Shown: positions 1 through 12,928, numbered from the stretch's first letter. The stretch: DNA of 64,000 bases from Callorhinchus milii (GCF_018977255.1 NW_024704742.1:95792001-95856000); one strand, 5' to 3'. A program made the numbers and translations. Notes: a model not told the origin generated them from the sequence alone.

Positions 1-46
1 CATTATAACATCATGTTTTATGTCTGTAAAATTAGATCACGCATCA

Positions 47-190
47 ATAATAATAATAATAATAATCATTGCATTTGGTATGGTCCCTTTCATGTCGGAA
101 GAACATCCTGAAGTGCTTCACAAGATTTACTGTGCATTTGTAGGCAATGCAGCAGTCTATTTGCTCACAGGGATGTCCCACAAGCAGCCA
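47..190 (-). mobile_element. SINE 3' portion with L2-type tail and (ATT)n, interrupted by the CR1 copy; appears to resume at ~853-910
   Basis: (AAT)n followed by reverse complement of the ...TGTGGGACAT...TGTGAAGCACTT...AAATGCAA tail seen in many other copies. Confidence 0.7.
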
Positions 191-838
191 TAAAATCATA
201 GAATCATAGAATTATACAGCACAGAAGGAGGCCGTTCGGCCCATCGTGTCTGTGCCGGCTCTTTGAAAAGAGCTATCCAATTCAATCTCACTCCCCCGCT
301 CTCTTCCCATAGCCCTGCAAACTTGTCCTCCCCAAATAAGTAGGATTGTACCATCTAGCTTATATTGCCTCTCCTCATTCTTCCTACCAAAATGCATTAC
401 TTCGCACTTCTCCACATTAGACTTCACCTGCCACGTATCTACCCGTTTTATCAGTCTGACTATATCCTCTTGCAGTCTGTTACTATCCTCCTCACTGTTT
501 GCTACTTTTCCTAGCTTCATATCATCTGCAAATTTGGAAATTGTACAGCCTATACCCAAGTCTAGGTCATTTATATGGATCAAAAGAGCAGTGGTTCCAA
601 TACCGACCCTTGGGGAACACCACTGCACACTTCCCTCCAGTCAGAAAAACAAGCGTTCACCACCACTCTCTGCTTTCTGGCTCCCAGCCAGTTCTGTATC
701 CATGCTGCCCCTGTCCCTTTAATACAATGAGCTTCTATTTTGCTTACAAGTCTCTTATGTAGCACCTTATCGAAAGGATTTTGAAAATCCATATAAACTA
801 CATCAACTGCACTACCTTCATCCACCCTCTGCATTACT
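190..838 (-). mobile_element. CR1 LINE fragment (RT region plus 3' UTR), frameshifted and internally deleted
   Basis: ORF pieces VDVVYMDFQNPFDKVLHKRL, GVPQGSVLEP, ISKFADDMKLG, KCEVMHFGRKN; terminal (TTCTATGA)n repeat typical of CR1. Confidence 0.93.
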
Positions 839-1254
839 TCATATATATATATAAATGACTAATTTTATTTGTGAGATCATTGGCAGTGACACTGGGAGAC
901 ACTCCTTTCTTTATTGTAATAAAAATGAAAAAATGGCCGGGTTGTCCCTTTTTGGGAGTCGTCAGGTAACTGTCATTTCTGGTTCGTGGCATGGAGGAAT
1001 TCAACTAGTCAACCCACCACACTCTCAGGTGGAGCTCATGAAAGAGTGGAGACTGATTCACCAGGTTCCTGCACACTCAGGAAGCCTTTCCTCGATACTC
1101 CTTAATACTGGCCAGCATCATGTCCCCCACCTGATCCACCTCACTATTGGAGGGTGAGCTTTAATCCATCTTGCTCCAGTTCTGCAATGCTCCTAGGAAC
1201 TCCATCCCAGTGTCCCTCCGACTCACCACCAAACCCACCATAAGACATACAAAT

Positions 1255-1432
1255 AGGGCCTCGGTTTAATATCTTATCCAAAGGATGGCATCTTTGACAA
1301 TACAGCACACCTCCAGCACTGTATTGGAGTGTCAGCCTAAACTATGAGCTCAACGTCCTGGTGTGAGATGTGGGTTCTGAATGCACAACCTTTTAACTCA
1401 GAGATTGCTGCCAACTGAGACCAACTGATTCA
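1255..1432 (-). mobile_element. Deu-domain tRNA-derived SINE fragment (SacSINE1-like)
   Basis: Reverse complement has GGCTGACACTCCAATACAGTGCTGGAGG...GCCATCCTTTGGATAAGATATTAAACCGAGG, shared with other copies in window. Confidence 0.75.
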
Positions 1433-1548
1433 GTGCACAATTTCCTCCTCTTGGCACCCACATTCCTTCTCCATTTAGAAAAGCCGTAAGCAGTCTCTTA
1501 GGCCTCAGGCTTTCTTCCTGATCCACCATTGATAATGCTTCTTTGCAG

Positions 1549-1631
1549 CTACTGTAGCTGTTTCGCAAACAGGAAAGGCTAAAATGCCAGATTTTCTCCA
1601 CCTTCTCTCCCTGATGAAGCTAAGCCCACGG
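1549..1631 (+). CDS. Candidate internal exon, phase 1-0 (TVAVSQTGKAKMPDFLHLLSLMKLSPR), unidentified
   Basis: gcttctttgcAG acceptor; weak CGG|GTGAAC donor; open frame compatible with 2094-2246. Confidence 0.22.
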
Positions 1632-2093
1632 GTGAACAGCTGAACTGCGCCTGACCAAGTTGCACGCACTGGAGTGACAAGTATTGCTGTAACTCAAACG
1701 GTAATCTCATTGAGAATAAAGCAAATAAACACTTGAGTTACTGGGCCACCCAGCTTGGAAGGGGATACAAATAAATTGGTAAATTAATATATTACTAGAA
1801 GGATGTCTGAACCATATTAAGTTTGCTCAACACAGAAGTTAGATGTTTGAAAACTGAAGGAAACGTCCTGCGGCCATTTGCTACATTATATTTACTTCAA
1901 AAGGACCATTGTAATACATATCAAAAACGGCTTAAAGCTGTGCAGGTCCTGTCAGATGTAACAGATATGATAAATTATTAGTCTTTTCCTACTTTGCAAT
2001 CCAGACAGTGCTCTGCTGGTGACATTTAGACTTTTGATGTTTTGTATGCTTGCAAAAAAAAATCCAAGAAAAAGCCTTTGTTTTTTTTGAAAG

Positions 2094-2246
2094 GTTAATG
2101 CTGCCTGTCTCGCTCACTGTACGTGTCCTTCTCCTAGTTTCAGTTTGCACACAGGCTCAGGGTCCTCCACACACAAGTGGATGGCTGTACCTACACCGAA
2201 GACAAATACTATTGATCCGCTCAGTGCTTTAGCAGATTTCCTTTGA
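2094..2246 (+). CDS. Candidate terminal coding exon (VNAACLAHCTCPSPS...TNTIDPLSALADFL*), unidentified
   Basis: T-rich tract ctttgttttttttgaaAG, then 50 open codons and TGA in non-repeat sequence. Confidence 0.3.
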   Translation, partial: VNAACLAHCTCPSPSFSLHTGSGSSTHKWMAVPTPKTNTIDPLSALADFL

Positions 2247-2689
2247 TTAGGACATATTGTACAAACTTTATCAGTTTTCCAAATGCAAGGAATGCTGTGG
2301 AAAATACAAAAGATAACACAATGAAAACATTGAATTCTATTGTTTTGAGGAGGTGTGAGAGAGAGATTTCTGAGCTGTGGTTCTTTTGCTGATGGTCTAA
2401 ACCTACCAACATCTGGTGTTTTTGCACATAGACAGCTGGTGTAGATAGTGGTGCTACTTTCTGATGTGGGTTTAAATGGTGGTGCTGATCTCCTGAGTAC
2501 AATTGCTTAGACCTACACATCCAAGCAAATTAAAAATCTTGCTGGTTTGCTTCGTTTTTGAATAAGCAGGAGTGTAAAGTCAGTGGTTTTACATTTAATA
2601 CTTGAATAGAAGCTGATTATTGCTTTGTAATTATTGACCTTGATATCACACTTGCCTACCTGGTATCAAGTGCGTGAAATAGCTTCAAA

Positions 2690-3115
2690 AATAACAATAA
2701 TAATCCTTGCATTTGACGTAGCACCTTATCACACTGTCAATACATCTCAAAGTTTTAAAGGATTTTACTGTTAAGTACAGTGACTGTGTTTCTAGATATT
2801 GCAGCAGCCAATTTGGGCACAATGATGCTCTGCACGTGGAGAATGGGCAACTTTATTTAGAATATTGTTGTCCAGGATATCAGGAGAAACTCCCTTCTCC
2901 TTTCAAATAGTGCCATGTGATCCTTAGCATCAACCCAAAACGCCAGTGGGGTCTTGGGGTAATTGGTCATCTGACAAATGGCACATCCAACAATGCAGCA
3001 TACCCCAGCACTGCATTGGAGCGTCAGCATACACTATATTAGTCTGACTTGGGGCTTGAACCCATACCGTTCTGACTCAGAGGCAAGAGTCCGATCAACT
3101 GAGCCAGGCTGACAC
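2690..3115 (-). mobile_element. Near full-length degenerate Deu-domain SINE (SacSINE1-like)
   Basis: tRNA-like head (GGCTCAGTTG...CTCTGAGTCAGAA...GGGTTCAAG), Deu core (GATCACATGGCACTATTTGAAAG), L2-type tail with (ATT)n. Confidence 0.8.
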
Positions 3116-3252
3116 ACAGCTGCCAGGCTTCAACACTGTTGATGGTCAGGCATTTTTTAGTCCCCAAATTGTGCCTAATCCTAACTCAAAGCTATTTTGT
3201 CTTAAATTTCTGGAAAAATTCTAAAATTCAATCTTAGTCCGAAAGCGATTTT

Positions 3253-3579
3253 GTGGAGTCCTGTAGCTCAGTGGTTAGAGCACTCGCTTTGCAAGCGAGA
3301 GACCTGAGTTCAATTCGAGGCAGGGCGAAATCTTGGGCAAGTTTCCTTACTCCACACAGAGCCTAATAATAATCCCTCCAAAACCAAAAACAATAATAAA
3401 TTGGTCATTTTCAATCTACGACTGTCTGTGGGACATTGCTGTGCGCAATTGGCTGCCGCGTTCGCCCACAAATATGCAGTCAATTCACTTTACAGTGTGT
3501 TCTGTGAAGCACTTTGGGACGTCCTCCCGACGTGAAAAGCGCTATATCAAATGCAAGGATTATTATTATTATTATTATT
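3253..3579 (+). mobile_element. Full-length tRNA-Ala(UGC)-derived SINE, short variant
   Basis: A box TAGCTCAGTGG, anticodon arm CTCGC-TTTGCAA-GCGAG, B box GAGTTCAATTC, L2-like 3' stem-loop, (ATT)n tail. Confidence 0.92.
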
Positions 3580-3715
3580 TTCACAGTTCTTGAAAACAGC
3601 GGCATCCACATAAAGACTGAATTGAATCATTCTGTATAATTTGGCTCAATCCTAAATTTTAAGATAATATGGTCTTCACAGACTAGGTGTGATTTTGGGT
3701 CCACACGTCCTAATA

Positions 3716-4850
3716 AGAATAACAACTTGCATTTATACAGTGCCCTACACGTAGGGTAGATTCCCGGACCAGCCGAGGGGAGGTAGCGGGTGATGGAGTG
3801 GGGGTAAACAGGTCGAATAGGTAGGGAGGTGAGAGGGCATGAATGGATTTGAAAACAAGTGAGAGAATCTTGAAATCGATCCGTTCAGTTACTGGGAACT
3901 AGTGGAGCCTGGCAAGGACTGGTGTGATGGCGATATGGAGTTTTGTGCGGGTGAGTATCTGGGCAGCAGAGTTTTGAATTAGTTGAATTTTGTGTATAGT
4001 GGAGCTGGGGAGACCAGCGAGGAGGGCATTAGAATAGTACAGCCGGAAAGTGCCAAAGGCATTGACGAGAGTTTCAGCAGCATTGGTTGTGAGGTACGGA
4101 CAGAGGTGGGCAATGTGACGGAAGTAAAAAAAAAAGCAGTCTTGGTCAGGAAATGGAAGAGAGTAGAAAGGAAAGCTGGGGATCGAACCTGATGCCTAAG
4201 TTGTGCATGGGTTTGGTGAGTCTGAGGGAGAGCCCATGGAGGTTGAGGAGTTCAGCCCCACAGGAGAGAGGACGTTGATGGGAGCCAAAGAGTATGGCTT
4301 CTGTCTTGCGGACATTCAGCTGCAGGAAATTTCCACTCATTGTGCCTTGTTGTCCATCAAGTAAGATGACAGGACATCAACAGACTGGGAGTCGCAGCTG
4401 AAGAAGGAGAGGTAGGTTTGGGTGTCATCCACATACATGTGGAAGTTGACACCATGTCTGCGGATGTTATTGCCGAGAGGGAGCATTGTAAACAAGGTAA
4501 AGAAGGTGGGCAAGGCTGGAGGTGGTGGGAGAAAAATCCATTTGTATTGTTGGTGGTTTGTTTAGAAGGACTCGAACCATGCAAGTGTGGTCCCGCTAAG
4601 GTGGATTAGGGAGGAGAGGAGGTGGAGAAAAATGGCGTGATCGGCGGTGTCGAATACAGCAGAGAGGTCCAGGAGAACGAGGAGGCAGAGGGTGCCCTGG
4701 TCACTAAGAGAGAAGACTTCATTTGTGACTTTGACAAGCGCTGTCTCTGTGCTGTGGGCAGGGCGAAAACCAGACTGGAGGGGTTCGAGTAGGGAGTGGA
4801 GAGAGAAGTGTGAGCGAAGTTGATTTGCAATGGTGCGTTCAAAAACTTGG
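3716..4850 (-). mobile_element. L2-clade LINE fragment (RT to 3' tail), degenerate
   Basis: LEPLQSGFRPAHSTETALVKV, LLDLSAVFDT, FHMYVDDTQ, FLQLNVRKTEAILFG; (GTT)-type tail at ~3716. Confidence 0.92.
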
Positions 4851-4854
4851 GTTA

Positions 4855-4975
4855 TTATATTATAATAATCCTTGCATTTGATATAGCATCTTATCAAGTC
4901 GTTGAGATGTCTCAAAGTGTTTCACGTGATATATTGTAAAGTGGTCTGTGACTGTGCATATTTGTGGGTAAAACA
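4855..4975 (-). mobile_element. SINE 3' tail fragment
   Basis: AATAATCCTTGCATTTGATATAGC...TCTCAAAGTGTTTCAC. Confidence 0.7.
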
Positions 4976-6420
4976 AGAAATGGGAAGCTGGAAGATTCTT
5001 CCTGTTTAATTGAATTTGCGCAGAATGTGGATTTGGGGTGATTTTTCAAGAGATCAAGAAGTTGAATACTAAGCACAGATGGTTGTTAAAGTTGCAAAGT
5101 GCAAAGTCAACCCGAGACTATGATATATGCACATACACAAATTCTATCACTGCTCCGATAACAAAAGTTTTGTCAATGCCCCAATAACCGAAGAAACAAT
5201 CTTTTCCTGCTGAATAAATCACAATTATTGTTTATGAGTAATTAAAAAACCCTCTGACTTATTTACCAGCAATTAGAATGTTTTGAACACCTTCAAATAT
5301 TTATAATTTTTTAATATAGATTAATTTCCATTTTTTGATGAAGTTACGCTAGAATTTTGATGCATTTCTAATTTAATGTTTATATTCATTACAATGTTGT
5401 TAATTATTAACAGTCAGGTTAAGTCAAAACAAATCTTCAGCATAATATACTTTCCCTGGTTACAACTATTTATGACAGGCTAATGAAGAAAAGCAATGTA
5501 TCCATAAATAATGTAGCTATTAATTTAATTGCATGTTGCAGCCAACAGACAGGTCTTAATAACAAGCAAATCTCAAAGTGTAAAGAGATATAAATTACAG
5601 GTTCTTCACCTTTGAAGTGCACTCCACCTCTTTATAACACTAGACTTCAGGAACCAACTCAGGAGTTGTGTGTGTTACAATTAGGTACTATGTGAAGTGA
5701 TCATCCCACCTTGCGACAAACATAATAGAAAATGCTAGGAGCTATTGGCATCATGTGCAATTATAAACTATATGCAGGACTCAACCTGTGATGGTAGGAT
5801 GTAAATTCACATGTGCAATTTCCACCAATGACTCAGTTTCCAATCTCAGCCATTCCTTTGTGGAGACGTGCTGGTGGATTGACAGCCACTTGACTTACAG
5901 GGAGGAAGAACTGAAAAGACAGACGTTTCCCAGAAGCACTGACAGAGGCTGTGGTCCACATCCTGTTGGCAGCACATAGTATGCCACATGAGAAAACCAA
6001 TTGGAATGGAAAGAAATGATCTTTGCAGTTATCTGGATTACAACAATGATGAAGAGCTGCGTCCTATCTACTGAGCTTGTTGACTTTGAGTACAGTCAAC
6101 AAGAACAACTTGTATTTATCTAACATGTATATCGCTTCCTACAGAGTAATGTCTCAGAACAGTTTTCACGAGACCCCTCCTTACCTCCAACACAGTAACA
6201 TTTGGGTCATGCTACAATAAGTCAATATTTGCAAAGAGAGGAAAAAATATAAAATTTCTTCCTGATTACTGAGGACAATCAGGTCAACAGAAGCCCGTAG
6301 GAATTGTCCAGCAATATTTAAGTCTGATGGTTACATTCCACAGATAACATCCAGAGCATGACTAGAGATTTGCATTCCAGACTTGATTATATAGGTGTGC
6401 TTATATCCCTATGATATTCA

Positions 6421-7262
6421 AACAACAGCAACAAAATTACATTTATAGAGCGCCTTTCATGTCGGGAGGATGTAACAAAGTGCTGGACAGTCAAGTGTCA
6501 GGGCCCGAGCATGGGGGAGGGGTGGTGTAGGGGTGAGGGAAGGTGGAGAGGTGGGAGGGAGACCAAAGACACAGTTGAAGAGAAGGGGCCTTGAAGGAGG
6601 TAAGGGAGGAAGTGAGGCGAAGAGACCGTGGGATGGAGTTCCAGAGTGTGGGGGCAGAGAGGCTGAAAGCTCTGCCAACGATGGTAGGACAGGTCGGGCG
6701 GGAGACATGGAGCAGACCGGAGCCCAATGAACGGAGGGAGTGAGCAGGTTATTAGGGAGTCAGCAGGTCAGAGAGGTTTGAGGGGGCAAGGCCATGGATT
6801 GTGAGGACGATGATCTTGAACTCGATCCTCTGGGGGATGGGGAGCCAGTGGAGTCGGGCGAAGGTGGGGGTGATGGGGTCATGGAGCCTGGTGCGTGAGA
6901 GTACACGAGCTGCAGAGTTTTGGATGATCTGCAGCTTGTGAAGGGAAAAGTTGGGAAGGCCGATGAGGAGGGAGTTCCCGTAAATATGTGACAAATGCAT
7001 GGGTGAGAGTTTTGGCAGCCTGAGGGGTGAGGCAATGGCGGAGTCTGGCAATGTTGCGAAGGTGGTGGTAGGCAATGCCCGTCATGGCGTGGATGTGGGG
7101 GCGAAAGGACAGTTCAGGGTCAAACAAGATACCCAGGTTCCTAACTGCACTCTCTCCCAAGAGAGACAAATCCTGACTGGCTTAGTGAGGTTGAGTGTGC
7201 AGCTGTGGAGGCTGATGCTGCCAATGCCTGAGGTGCGGAGGCGCTGGCGCGAGCCAATCAGG
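6421..7262 (-). mobile_element. L2-clade LINE 3' fragment, relatively young
   Basis: VRNLGILFDPELSF, LQIIQNSAARV, LHWLPIPQRIEFK, APTLWNSIP; (GTT)n tail. Confidence 0.93.
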
Positions 7263-8669
7263 AATCTTTTGGAAACAGCTCCTTTTCAAATGAGTTAATT
7301 GACATACTATTAATGAGTACTGACAGGTGTCTATTGCACACATATTCTACTCTGTAGGGACAAAACAAAATTTCTGACCCTCAGTGCTGTTTGAGGCTTG
7401 TTCACTTTCCACTCATCTCTTGCTGCTCTGTCTCAGTAGCTGCTCCTGGATCAATTGATTGTGGAAGTTACTACAGGGAACATCCAGCTGTTAAACATGA
7501 CCTAAACGTCTTTAGATAGCAATTGCTCTCTGTAGGCCACACACACGCACACTTTAATTATAATATTTAAAGTAGAAAACTAACAGCGTGGGCAGATTTT
7601 GTGACTTCAATTTATGAAGTGAGTTTAGTGGAATCTGAATATGAATGGTTTCCTTTTCCACTCTCTAGAGGAAGCTAATTTATTTATATGGTTGTGGATT
7701 TTCCACCAATATCATTGCCTGCCCCAACATAAAGTCCATCACTGCAAGTCTAACAAATAACCCATTTCTGTGTCCTACTGCCCATTAAGACTGAACTTTC
7801 TGAAACTCTTCACTAGTTTTGTATAAAGAGAATGTAGTTGAAGTTATGCATGTGACAGTGTAAATTCCCTTTTCATAGACCTTTTCATGGTTAATCTAGC
7901 AGGAATGAAGCTGTACCTGGGAGGGCTGCTGTCTTTCAGAACAGTCAGATAAGCCATGGACATCGCATAGTGCATCTGTTGGTATTTCATTTTTATATAC
8001 AACACATGTTACTCTCTTTTGACATTTACATTTAAATTTAATTATTGCCAAATGTCAGTTTATAGATCACATAAGCCCCATGATTTGGGGTGAAAAATGC
8101 GATGTGTGATGTATTACATCACCAATGAAAATTAGCACATCATCAAAAATTGCAATTGAAAAGTCTTTAATTATCCACTGGCTCGAGTGTGAAGAGTGCC
8201 GTCCTCCACCTCACACTTCAGTGCATTGAAATATTTTGGATAAAGTCCGTTCTCTTTGGAAATTTACACAAAGAATGGGACAATATACAAATTTAGTCTT
8301 TTGAATGCACAAGTGATGCCATCTTGAAAGTTAGACCAAAGTTTGTGCATCTAGTCATGCATTCCACATACGGTTTCACAATCACATGATCACAAGATTG
8401 GTTTGGATAAATATGGCCTTTTGATCATTTACTTAATGGCTATTTGTTGGACATTGCTGTGTGCAAATTGGCTGCTGCATCGATTTACAAATACGCAATC
8501 ACTACACTTGACAGTAACATTTTGTGAAGCGCTTTGAAGTGTTTTGACAATGTGATAAGGCGCTATTTCAAATGTAAGGATTATTATTATTTGATCTCAT
8601 CCTTACAGAATATCCATCTTACTGTCCTCCCTTTACAGCATCAAGCTAATGTTTCAATAAGTCCAGCAT

Positions 8670-8810
8670 CCTACCCTCAACCATTCTTTCTGGTAATGTG
8701 TTCCAGTTGATAATTAGGTAAAGAAAATAGTCTTGATATCTATCCTGAAATTGCTGTTTGCAACTCTAAACCTATGTCCTCTTGTTCTACTGTCTTGAAA
8801 GTTATAGTTG
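8670..8810 (-). mobile_element. Degenerate CR1 3' fragment
   Basis: SRTRGHRFRV...FFT motif of the CR1 ORF2 C-terminus. Confidence 0.6.
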
Positions 8811-8894
8811 CTTCCAAGATGTGTTGTTCTTCTGGCAGGACAGCAGGAACTCCTTTGCAGCATGCTGGCCATAAAATCTATATTGTAAAAAAAT

Positions 8895-9148
8895 AATGAA
8901 TTGGTCACTCAATCCACGACTGTTTGTGGGACACTGTTGTGCGCAATTGGCTGCCGCGTTCGCCCACAAATATACAGTCAATTCACTTTACAGTGTGTTC
9001 TGTGAAGCGCTTTGGGACGTCCTCCTGACGTGAAAAGCGCTATATCAAATGCAAGGATTATTATTATTATTATATTCTGTGAAGCGCTTTGAGACGTCTC
9101 AAAGATGTGATAAGCTGCTATATCAAATGCAAGGATTATTATTATTAT
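8895..9148 (+). mobile_element. SINE 3' half followed immediately by a second SINE tail
   Basis: Near-identical to 3395-3579; two successive TGTGAAGCGCTTTG...AAATGCAAGG(ATT)n units. Confidence 0.88.
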
Positions 9149-9654
9149 TGGAGAACAATGTTTGAGCTGCTTTCTTGCAGTGATACCATTTATTTATGCA
9201 TTTGTCAGCCCTTCTATGAAATAGTTTTAAGCCTTGGGATTCGATATAATGCCTATCAGTTAATCGAAATGTCTCAAATGCTTTGCAGGATTTACTGCAA
9301 TGAGTAGTGACTGACTGTTTGTCAGTGATCTCAGCAGCTAATTTGCACACAGGCAATGTCCCACAAATAACCATGAAATGAATGAACAACTTTATCTTGG
9401 GGGATTGTTGGCCAGGACACAAGTAAAATAGGAGTTCTCAGGTTTCTCCCAAAAATGTGAGTAGTTTATTTCAATGCACTCATAAATTACACTCAATAGC
9501 AATTTATTCCACTATGCCTAATAGTTTGACCAGGTAAAGAACCCAAAAGCTTTCTCTAGTTTCATATGGCTTTTGGCTCCTGCATGGACTGTAATAACTA
9601 GTTACAAGTTGCAAATATGGCGTGCAAATAGCCCTAATGTTCTGCAGTTAATGT

Positions 9655-9769
9655 TTATGAAAGATGAGTTACTTTGGGGCAGCGCCTCTTTAAGCATCTC
9701 CCAAAGTATGACGGGAAACAGCAGCACCACTCAGTCTGCACTGCCTGCTTCCCGACTTGTAAAAGGAAC
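9655..9769 (-). CDS. Candidate terminal exon (FLLQVGKQAVQTEWCCCFPSYFGRCLKRRCPKVTHLS*), unidentified
   Basis: tttcAG|G acceptor with weak pyrimidine tract; 37 open codons; locally higher GC, non-repeat. Confidence 0.2.
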
Positions 9770-11221
9770 CTGAAATCACTTATTAGGTCATTAGAGAAGG
9801 GACACCAGAGCTTTAATACTTCCCGATTCTAAATAACACAAGGTGGTAAAAAGTAAAAACAAGTAATGCAAATCACATCTTGATAATTGCTTTCACTTGA
9901 CTCTATCTGCCTTTAACATTGAATTAAACAAAACCAGGAAAAACGTCACAGGCAAGACAAATTTAGGTTTACTTTTTATACCTAAATTTATATAAAAAAT
10001 AAATGTCCCGAGGAGCATTATAAACCAGCCAGGATGCATGGAGAAAGATAACAGAATTACAATCTTTAAAAGAAATCCATACAGCTGACAGTAAATTACA
10101 TTTACTGGAGATAAACTTCCAAAGCAATGCAAGAGTGGAAACGTGTGTCGATATTTACTGTAACAGACTTGACTCCAGGGTATAATATCTTTAACTATTC
10201 AATATCACCCTGCCTGCACATGACTGAAACAGGAGGAGATAAATAATAAACCTCTTAGTCATAGAGATAAACAAGTTCAACATTCACTGGGGTTCTGCTT
10301 TATACAGAAAAAGCATGCGGGATTTTATTAAAAATACATAATAAAACACAAAGGAGGTTGTTGGATTTAGGAAGCACTGTTGGAGTAATGACATGCATGG
10401 ATTATCAAACTGCAGAATTTTAAAATATATATATATAAACCATTAAGCAAATTCTGGACCCAATTTTCTATTGGGAGAAAATACAATGAGGACAAAAATG
10501 CGGCACTTCATGTGTTAATTATCATTGCATTATTAATGATACTTTATCATGCAACCCTGTCATGTCCTCACTGTCACCGATGATCATTATCACATTGTTG
10601 AAATATCTGCCCTTTTAGAAATTCCCTCACTATAATCTCTCTATAATCACTTTCTCATCTGTACAGCAAGGTCCAAATTACCTGTGGCCTCTTTAGAGAT
10701 ACAAAGCCCAAGTTTGGGTTCTGCAGGACCACCCTCCTACTTTCCCTGCCAGCCACCCTCCCCGATCCAGACCCCCCAGCTCAGGTCCAAATCTCTGACT
10801 GTCCAGTGCCTTGGGACATCCTCACGATGTGAAAGGCACTATACAAATGTAATTTGGTATTGTATTTGTGTATATCTAAGTGGATCACATGCCAAGGGGG
10901 AGTATGTATATGGTGAAGAGGAATTGACCAAGGGTAGAGCCTTGAGGAATGAAACCCATAACCATTCAGGGGCAAGAGGAGAAGCTGCTAGAGGAGACAT
11001 AATGAAGACGTTAGGTTCAAAATAGTTGAAACAATATTATTTTAAGGAGAATGGTTCTGATCTGCATTTTAAAAATGTATTTCAATCAGTTGGAGTGGGT
11101 GGGGCAGGGAAGAAAGGAAATCAAAGCAACCACATCAAAAGGCTGCTGTTTTATGGACAAAATCAAATCCAGAGTTTTCGTATCGCTCTATAATGTAATA
11201 ACAGTCACTGCTGTAATCAGT

Positions 11222-12031
11222 TTGTTCAACACAGTCAATCACACCATCCTCATCCACCGCCTCTCCTCCCTCAACCACCTTAGTGGGACCGTGAGAGCCT
11301 GGTTCGAGTCTTACTTAACACACCGTTTTCACTTTATCTCTTCAAATGGTTTCACCTCCCGCCCTGCCCAGTCACCTGTCTGGGCCCTGACCAGGACCGC
11401 CTTCTTCCATCTCCGCTAGATTGCCCGCCTCCGACTGTACCTTACCACAGACACAGTCGAAACACTCGTCCATGCGTTTGTCACCTCCCGACTCAACTTT
11501 TCAAATGCCCTCTTCACCGGTCTCCCCAGCTCCACCATGCACAAGTTTCAGCTAATCCAAAATCCCGGCGCCTGCATACTCACCCGCACTAAACTCCATA
11601 TCAGTCCTGGCCAGCCTCCACTGGCTCACTATCACAGAATGGATTGATTTCAAAATCCTCACACTTGTTTTAAAACTCCTTCATGACCTGGCACCTCCCT
11701 ACCTCAATGACCTGCTTATCCCCCAACCCACAAACCACTGCCTCTGCTCGACTGGCTCCGGCCTCCTACATATCCCTCGTTTCCTCCGTTCCACCATTGG
11801 TGGCCATGCTTTCAGCCACTATACCCTGAAACTCTGGAACACTCTTCCTCTATCCCTCCGCCTTGCCCATTTTTTCACTATCTTCAGGTTGCATCTGAAG
11901 ACTTTCCTTTTGCCCGTGTCTACGGTCACCTGCACGTCCCCCCAGCTTAGGATAATGCTCCACCGTTGTCAAGCACTCTGGGATGCTACACTGCATAAGG
12001 GGAGCTATATAAATGAATGCAAGTTGTTGTT
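11222..12031 (+). mobile_element. L2-clade LINE fragment, older subfamily, internally deleted
   Basis: FNTVNHTILIHRLSS...AWFESYL; LVHAFVTSRL; (GTT)n tail. Confidence 0.9.
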
Positions 12032-12084
12032 GTAGCTGTTCTTCAGTGCATCCCACAATTAGGTCCTCAAATGCGCTTACACAA

Positions 12085-12611
12085 GCTGCAGATAATCCAG
12101 AATTCTGCAGCTCGTGTCCTCTCCTGCACCAGACTCCATGACCCCATCTCCACCACTCTCGCCTGACTCCATTGGCTCCTTATCCTTTAGAGGATCCAGT
12201 TCAAGATCCTGGTCCTCACCTACAAAAGCCCTGCAAGGCCTCGCCCCAGCCTACCTCTGCGACGTCCTAACCCCCTATCAACCCGCCAGCTTCCTCCGCT
12301 CAGCCGGCTCTGGCCTGCTCCACGTGCCCCAACCCATCCGCCCCACCATTGGTGGGAGAGCCTTCAGCCACTTTGCCCCCAACCTCTGGAATTCCATCCC
12401 CCAATCACTCCGCCTCGCCCCCTCCTTAGCCTCCTTCAAGTCCCGACTCAAAACTCTCCTCTTCGACCATGCCATTGGTCACCCCCCTTCCCCTCCCCTC
12501 CCTTCTCCCCTCTGACCCCAGCTCGGGTCTGAAATGCTGTACACTGTCCAGTGCCTTGGGATGTCCTCCCGACATGAAAGGCGCTATACAAATGTAATCT
12601 TGTTGTTGTTG
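12085..12611 (+). mobile_element. L2-clade LINE 3' fragment
   Basis: GGRAFSHFAPNLWNSIPQSLRLAPSLASFKSRLKTLLF; 3' stem-loop and (GTT)n. Confidence 0.93.
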
Positions 12612-12928
12612 TATTCTCTGCTCCCTCTTGTTTTAGTATGGGGCTAATTGTTTCCTGAGATAGGACTCCAGGGCCTGCTGTGATAGATCAGCAGCTTTGG
12701 CTCAGCGGCAGGACTTGGAATGCAGCCTCCTTGCAAGCCAAACCCTAATGGGAGGGTGATCCCAGATGGACAAGCAACAGGAAAGCTTGCCACACAGTGC
12801 TCTCAATGGCAAGCTGTGCAGTTTTAGCTTGCTAAACTCCAGCAGTTCACCAAATGCACACTCTAGTGTCCCCTATCCATAGCTCTCGCCAAGCTGGGAC
12901 TAATATTCTCTGGAATTAGATTAAGGGG

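Noticed and set aside
2098..2232. Short ORF resembling a signal peptide (MLPVSLTVRVLLLVSVCTQAQG)
   Set aside because: Only 44 codons, overlaps the alternative terminal-exon frame, and has no promoter or donor support
3253..3330. tRNA-Ala gene
   Set aside because: No intact acceptor stem or T-run terminator; continues into SINE body and tail, and is multi-copy
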